NCBI RefSeq assembly: GCF_009914755.1
Contig: NC_060929.1
Reading direction: 5' to 3' (one strand)
DNA from: the human T2T-CHM13v2.0 reference genome, Homo sapiens
DNA length: 64,000 nucleotides
Position numbers and translations under genes: made by a program. Positions 54,969 through 64,000 of this stretch are shown here, piece by piece. The first letter of the stretch is position 1. The number at the start of each line of letters is the position of its first letter. Below the pieces are notes generated by a model. That model did no database searches and was not told where the DNA came from. It saw only the letters and a list, made by a program, of their open reading frames with translations.

Positions 54969-57900
54969 TTAAATGAGAAAAGCAAGTTGCAAAACAATGT
55001 GTGGAGTCTGATCCCAGGTCACAAAAATACCTGTGTGGTGTTTGTACATGCAGGAGAGAAAGCCTGTGTGGGTCCAAGCAAATTGCCAGTGGAATTTATC
55101 CATGAGGCGTGAGACGGGGGATAAGAGAGCAGTGGGATTTGGGAGGGGTTATCTTTCAACTTCTTATGTGCAGTAGTGTACAATTAGCATGTATTACTTT
55201 GAACAAAATATATTCCAGAAGAAAGGAAAGAAAACCGAGGAACATCCGTGTCTCAGGGTCTAACGATGGCCACATACAGGCAGCTGGACTTGAAGGATAT
55301 GTTCTTAGGAACTCATGCTCACTTGGGTTCTGGAGTTTTTCAATCAGCCCAATGCTCTGGCCCAAGCCCTCACTAGAGATGGTCCTTTGTCTGGTCCTTT
55401 GTCTGCTCCATGTAAGGGGTGCTGGACCTGTTAATCCTGTTTGCCTTTGAGCTCACTTTGGTTGGGGTCTGGAAAGTTCTACCAGTCCCATCAGTGTGTC
55501 TCTCTCATCTTACATGCTGACTGCAGACTTCACTGCAGCTCGGACCCTTATGAATATGGGTTTGGTGAACACTGTGCTTGTAAAGCTTAGAGAGGAGGTC
55601 TCAAATTTGACGGCATCTGTTGCTGCCTATCCAGTTCCGATGGAAGCCTCCATGCCCACGCACCTGCTCTGCTTCTCTCTCTCTCCTTTCCTCTCAAGTT
55701 TCTTTAATTCAGATCAACCTTCCCTGGTAGCCCCTAACTCAATAAAGTACGTGTGCCTAACATGGCCCTTCCTGCAGGGTTCCACTTCATTATCTCCATA
55801 ATCAAACCTGGGGCTGCATAAGAAGAGCACAACCACTCTCCAAGTGATTTAACAGGATGCTTTAATGATGTATTGAGAATGAACATTGATCCCAGGTAAG
55901 AGGTGCTAAACTGATACTTTAAAAGCACACCACCCATTTCGCTCTGATGGACTCTCCTCCTTAAATCACCGTGTTGTCATTTTTACGATGCAGATCTAGC
56001 TATTGAGGCTACAGGACTGTGAAATGTCATATAAAAAAGCCAATAAGAAAAAAATAAAATTAAGTTGCGGAGAGCGTGTATTAGCATTTCAAAAATGTTC
56101 TGTTGCATTATGCTATTATTCTCTCTCTGTCAAGGGGCACTGGGATCCTTTCCTCCCCATAAAGAGACTGTGCCACAGAATGTATTAGCGCTCCGTTCCT
56201 GAAACGGCGTGGCAGCTGAAGGGCATAGTTACAATAATGGCAAAATACATTCCGGACTAAATTTGATAGGACGTGGGGGCAGTCCGCCTCCTCTGATGAC
56301 AAAGTCCTGATTGCTTCTCTCCTTGTTGGCTCAGTCCTGTGGCTTTCAAAGTTTTGACAAATGAATGTTTTCAGCATTTCTGCCCTGCAAGAAAGTGAGG
56401 AATGAGATCTGCTGAGGTGAGGGTCTGACTCTTGCATTTCAGATGACAATGCGGGGACTGGGATTTTGTAAAGGGCAGGTCACCCCTACTCTATGCTCTC
56501 CTGCCCCATAGCTTGTATGATAACCCCCACATTATCCAAAGCCCAGAACTACTCCAATTGCTGGGTCTAGGGTTGCATAGTCATAATCCGCTGTGCCATC
56601 TGGAAAGGACGAGTTTAATAACTCACAATGGGCCTCAGTCTTCAGGACTGGAAGCCTTTGAAAAACTTTACCTCCATCCTTGGAACTCAAACACTTGGCT
56701 CTCTGAGGTTCCATTGTAAGTTGGAGTTCAGTTAGAGCTACTTCCTGAGCTCTGCTTCCAGGCCTGAGTTGGGCCAGATGGAGGGAAGTGGCTGCAGCAG
56801 GAAGAGGCTCTGCTTGCCCGTCTTGAAGGGCCCTCTCAGTCTCCTGGGTAACTGTGGGAATGTGATTCCTTTCGATGGCTCTTAATTTGCCCAATTGGGG
56901 AAGATGAATCTAGTGCCCCTGGTAGGTGATTACATTAAGCCATTGAGACAATTGTAGTGCTTTATCTGGGACTTTTCAGAAAGCTGACTTGTTCTTTAGG
57001 AGCCATCGGCTTAATGGAATTCCACTGTGTTATTTTCCAGTGTGATGTGCTGCAAGATGGGTTTGATCAGCACTTTGGTTTGGGGAATATATTTTCATTT
57101 GAGAAGATGCCTCTGCTGGGCTTCTTGTGGCATTGGTTTTGGAAGCACAGATTCTCAGCCCAGCCGAGGGAAGGCCACGACACATACAGGGTGTGGAGAG
57201 CACAGACCTGCTTTAAACTTCTTGCCAGGAGTGGCTAGCCTTTCCTGCCCCCCACCGCCCCAGCATCAAGCCCAGCTAGTGAGATTCTGTTCTGAATTGA
57301 ATTTTAGCCTTAATGAGATACCAAGTCCCTTCTGTTCTCAGTAACAGAGACCTTGAGAGTTTTTATTAGAGAGTGAGTGAGACAAAACTTTTCACTGTTT
57401 TTCATGTTCCTAATAACAGCCTAAGTCGTAACCTGAATTTTTATGTAACTAATTATGACTGTGACTTGGGTATGAAAGATTTATACAATCAGAAAAGAAA
57501 TTACCTGGGTTATCTCTGAGCAGGCGGGGGATGAACTGCATAAGGAAGTTAATCAGTTTTCTAGGTCATACAAAAGGCACCTGCACGGTGCTGGGTGGCA
57601 TGGCCAGTGGCAGAGGGAGGGAGGGATGCAGGGGATGCCCTCCTGGGACCTCAACAGAGCTGCTTTTCCTCCTCCACCCTGAAGAGCAGCCAGCTTTGAC
57701 CGGGGGGCTTTGGAATCGACACTTTCTCCCAACATGACTTTCTCACCCCCAGCTTCCTAAGAGCGACTCATGGTACGCAACAGTTCCAGGGAAATTAAAA
57801 CACAGTGAGGTGAGTGGCTTAATGGGAAACAGGAGACATCCCAACAAGGGGAATGTACCAGGAATGTCAATTCCTACAATCAGAAAGGAAGCCAGAATTC

Positions 57901-58859
57901 TATTAATTTTTGCACCTTAAAGTTTCATTTCAGTTAAAAACAGGGACTGAAAATTAATGACACGGCCATTTCTTGAAGCCAACAACCAAAGGAATGAGTG
58001 TTTGCCAAGAAGCAATAGCTCTTGTAACACTTACACTCACTGCATTCTTAACGCATTGTTTGTCTGTGGAAAAAGCAGTTTGCCCAGCGTGGTGGTAAGG
58101 AGGGCATGATGGAAAGCCGGCGTGGAGGGAGAGAGGAGGCACGCGCGTGCAGCGCCGTGACGTGCATTTAGTTACACGACGGCTTCTGGAGGCCCACAAC
58201 TGATTAATATACACGGGCTTGTTCATTTACTCAGCATTATGTTTAATCATTTAATTTCGCAAGAGTTTTTAGATCTTTTAATCATCCTAATATTCTTCTT
58301 ATTGCAACATATTACTAAGCTGTTAGTTCAGTTCAATTAAAAAGTGTCATCCAAAAGTAATTTATTCCATATGCGTCATTAAGTGGATACCCCAGATATG
58401 TCTGCATTTTAAAGGAATAATAACTCTTCCGATTTTATTAGTCTGTAAATGAGTGCGCTGCATTAGCACTAAAGGCAGCATCGCGAGTGGTGAATGTTTG
58501 TAGGCATTGATGTGGCAACAGATCTATAACTGTTTCTCTGGATTTTGTACTAAAACTCAGAAGAGAAGATGAAAACTTGGGCCATCTGTTAGGACTTGTA
58601 ATTCTCAGGTGGCCCCTGAAACCCAGTTTGACTTTCTGATGCTGATAATATTTGTCATAGAACAGCCCTTCAGTTCCCCTTCTGGGAGCTTCTTGCCAGG
58701 GTTTGCCATCCCCTGCAGGAGCAGGACGGATTGGGCCATCAAGGGCCAGAGTTGCATGTGCTGGGGGCCAGCGCTGGGCATAGGGAGAGGTTAGTCCCTT
58801 GTCACAGTTCTGACCTTCCTGGTTGACTCTTGTGATATTTCCTCTGTTCTCTCCAGGGA

Positions 58860-59145
58860 AGTGCTGTCCAATGGTATGGCAATGCAAGCCACATATCTGA
58901 TTTACATTTCTTGTAGCCAAGTAAAAAGAAGAAACAGCTGATAGTAATTTAATAATATCTAAACTACTCTTTTAACATAAAATCAATGTAAAAATTAGTT
59001 AATGAGATATTTACCTTCTTTTTCCACAGAAGGCTTTAAAATCTAATGTGTATTTTATACTTACATCTCAATTTGGACTAGCCTAATTTCAGGTGCTCAG
59101 CAGCCACACATACCTAGGACTTGTAACATAGCCATGTTGGAGACT
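58860..59145. mobile_element. MER33-like hAT DNA element
   Basis: gtgctgtccaat...aagccacatat...catctcaatttggactagcctaatttcaggtgctcagcagccacacat. Confidence 0.75.
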
Positions 59146-60100
59146 TAGCTCTAGAGTCCTCCAGCCTGGGGCCCTGTGTGGCCTGTGGCTGTGGCTTACC
59201 TGGGCCTGTGGCTCCTCTTAATGGAGGAGGGAGCTACTTGGGGTCAGGGTTACCTGGGGGATCTTACTGAAGAAGTTGGCAGCCCTGTTCTTCGAGCTTC
59301 TCCCAAGGGGTGCAGAACAGTGGATACTGGCTACTGATGACCTCTGAGGCTTGACTTACCCTGAGGTTTCAGGAACCCAGCAGGCCCCAGGCTGGTGGAA
59401 AGAAACAGCTGCAAAGATGCTTGTGACCACGTATCTGTGTTCACAGGCCTTTGCGTAGCTGAAGGGAAACCTACGTTTGCAGGCAGCGGAAGGAGTAACC
59501 CACTCCAGGGATAACAGGGAGCTCTGCCCAGGGAGGGTCCATATCCGCCTCTCACTCCACCGTCCTTCCCCCAAGCATGAGTCAGGGCATGCAGGAGGTG
59601 CTGACACACAGCGGAGTTCCCTTCTGTGCCTCCAGCAGGAGACTAGCCTGATTACTGAGCTCAGAGAGTCAGCTTGGTCCTTAGCCTGCTGCATCCCACA
59701 AGGAAAGATTTACTCTCCTTGGGGAACAAAGTCTTCCATGATGAGACACTTAGGATATTAATGCCTGCACTTTGAGGCCCAAGTGTTCATTTTTCTTTGG
59801 CAAACTCTCAACATGGCCAGGGCGGTGGCTGGGGCTGATGGAGTTGCTTGCAGAGATGTCCTCTGGGCAGGCAGGGATGTTATTTAATACTTGAGTCTGG
59901 TGACAGCAGCCAAAGGTGGTTCCCATTTCCTGAACTTTAAGCAGTTAATCCCCTCAGCCTGTGTCCTATTTGGGCCAGCAGAAGAGCCTTGAGAAGTGAG
60001 GGACAAATAGAGAGACCTTGCAAAATCTTAATGCCCTTCTCTACTTTTGCAAAATGCTGTGCTTATTAATATCTCATTCTCAGAAAAAGGGCAATCTGTG

Positions 60101-60101
<1 letters not shown>

Positions 60102-60130
<29 letters not shown>
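60102..60130. repeat. T29 homopolymer
   Basis: 29 consecutive T. Confidence 0.98.
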
Positions 60131-60132
<2 letters not shown>

Positions 60133-60703
60133 GAGAACAGCAATAAAAAAGGAAAATTAAATTAGCAACTCTGTCTGAGCTTCTCATCCATTCAAGTGTC
60201 TTCAACTTCATAACCTGTTAACTTACTTAAACTCTGGCCACCTATTTAAGAGGTTTCAAGAAGACAGCAGTATTCTGCCTGACCCCATTGGAATGTCAGC
60301 CTAAGAGACACAGGTCTGAAGCCTAGGGGCTGGTCCCGAGTGAGAGGGCTTTGGTGGGGTGGTGTGCTCAGACCGCCCACGTGACCCAGAAAGCTAATCC
60401 TTCCGTCAACACAGCAGTCCTCGCTCCAAAGCACACACTCAACTCCAAGAATTAGTCAAATACAATTACACACATGAGGTGGCCTCTCCACCCCTATTAA
60501 ATAATGGGAAGATAAAACTGTCATCAGAGGAAAACATCACAAAGAATCTGTACTTAGTAACCAGGACAAGGTACCAGTAATAGCTGCTAACAGTTATTGG
60601 GTGCCAACTGTATACCTGACTTTGTCCTATGCATAGGACCTGCTACATAATTTACAGGGCCTTGTGTAATATAAAAATGCAGTTCCCTTTGTTTAAAAAA
60701 TTA

Positions 60704-61395
<692 letters not shown>

Positions 61396-62399
61396 TCAAG
61401 CCAGAAGGCTGCATTGCATCAACTGGTTTAATTCTCGTAACAAAATACATACGAATACCCTCTCCATTTTACAGATGAGCAAAGCAAGGCTTAAAGAGCT
61501 AAGGAGACTGTGGGAATGAAGGTTTCGAAGTGGTCTGAATGGAGAAAGAAGCGGTGGGAGAGCTGAGTCATCATGCAGCACACGGCAAGGTAGCAGAAAA
61601 CCCTGGAGAACAACAGCAGCCTGCCCCAGAGTCAGCCGTGAGCGCTGATTTAGTTTCAGGAAAACAATAACACTTTGTCCCATTAAATTAATGTTGTTAA
61701 TTTGAAGTTTATTGGTTTTGCAGTTTGCTTTTATTTCATTTATAAATTTGTTTTAGCTTTATGGCTGTGAGAGAGCTCCCTGCATAAGGAACGTGTACCT
61801 GGTTTTATGTTTGTACATATTTAAGTAACATTATACTAAATATAACTCAAGTCAACAGAGAGCAATCACAATGTTTCCCCTCTAAGTGGGGTCTGCACCT
61901 TCCTTAAGGAGGGAAATACATCTCTTGTCCCCCAGGGTGGAAGCCATAGAGGGTGCTCACAACCCTGTCTTCAGCTGGCTGCCAGCAGGGCTGTCCTGGC
62001 TTGCTTGGGGCCTGTGATGCTGGACCCCAGTGGAGAGGGAGGGCACGCGTAGGTGGCTCCTCTGAGCAGGTGGCTGTCTACAGGCTGGGGATGGCAGGGC
62101 CCCGGAAGGTCTGTCCCGCCCTGGCCTCCCTCCTGGCTGCTGCCCTACATTCCTTTGTCTTGGCCCAGGGAGCCCTTAGCCTTATGGCAAATTCTTGAAA
62201 AGTGTCCCTGACCCAAAGGCAGGGAGGGCCCTGTAGGAACACCCAGGGTCTCAAGGCCATGGTGGGGGAAATAATAATGACCCCTCAAGACTGTGTCCCA
62301 AGCTGGCCCTGAATGGGTACCTTGGGGCCAAAGGCCATCCCTCCCCACTCCCCACCATGGTTAAGTGTCTACTCTTATAACAGGAGCATGTTTAAAACC

Positions 62400-63270
<871 letters not shown>

Positions 63271-64000
63271 TCATAGAAAACATAGGGCTAAACAGCAAAT
63301 AGAATCTTTACAGAGGAAAGAATGTATTGCTATTCCCCATCAGCTTCCTTCTCTCTGCCCCTGGGCAAGTCCTGGGAGGAGCCTGCAGGAAGGCTGGGGC
63401 CCTCCTAGACCTGACTTGCCCCTTGGGGTGGCCCCTGATGCTCTGGATAAAGCAGCCTCATGAGTGGGGCTGACTCTGGGGGATCCTGGGGCCCTGGGCT
63501 TTCTTCCCCCACCGGCATGATGTAGGAGGAAGCCCTCTTCTGAACTGTTTTTGGGGGTTCATGCCAGGGACACTTGGTGCTGATGTGAAGCAAAAGATAA
63601 AGAACAGCCAGTCCGGAGTAGGTGGGGGCCTCATAGCAAAGACGCCACGCGACAAGGGATTTCATCACCCTCTGCCCATTCTTGTGACCAGAGCCGTGTG
63701 CTCTTCTGAGCTCAGTCCCGTGGCCTGGAACATGCGGCCCTCACCACAATAGCAGGAGGGTGAGCCTAATTCACAGGTGGGAAAACTAACCCCAGGAACC
63801 TTAAAAGATTTGCATGGGTGCCCCCAGGATCACCCCCAGCACATCAGAGGTGACTGGTCTCATGGCCTGTACAAAGGGCTGCTGGGCTGACACAGTGACA
63901 TTCAGAAGCAGAGAGGTCCCATGACTGGCTGCAAGAACGGCCAGTCTATAGGAGGGCTAGGCATCCTGTCCAGAGGCCTGTCTCCCTAGAGCTCTGGGGT

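Noticed and set aside
60102-60130. T29 tract (and the T-rich tract at 7604-7649) as a solo poly(A) retro-insertion or real transcript end
   Set aside because: No TSD or element body was found. These tracts matter mainly as oligo-dT internal-priming sites that could produce false FSTL4 3' ends.

Overview
Primate (most likely human) genomic DNA lying entirely inside FSTL4 (follistatin-like 4 / SPIG1), which is transcribed on the minus strand. Seven coding exons with canonical GT-AG junctions splice into one open frame: 35132-35298, 19141-19261, 11380-11541, 10872-11006, the 27-nt microexon 9912-9938, 6461-6579 and 2942-3091. From memory these are about exons 7-13 of the reference model. They encode the two Ig-like domains, a linker and the start of the C-terminal beta-propeller region. 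The rest is intron, rich in transposable elements: Alus (several with target-site duplications, TSDs), L1/L2/MIR relics, a complete solo LTR12/ERV9 LTR antisense to the gene, MER4, MER21, MER39, MLT1 and MLT2 LTRs, and hAT/mariner MITEs. I found no prokaryotic-type system, CRISPR array, tRNA or rRNA, and no evidence of a wholly new gene. The best leads are regulatory or splicing hypotheses: a UGC-flanked microexon, an in-frame 102-nt alternative acceptor, an in-frame 99-nt cryptic cassette exon, an Alu-bracketed 714-nt stop-free circRNA candidate, an LTR12 antisense promoter next to tandem AP-1 sites, and a dense CGTG (bHLH-PAS-like) motif cluster. Repeat subfamily names come from recognition by eye, and repeat boundaries are approximate unless a TSD is quoted.
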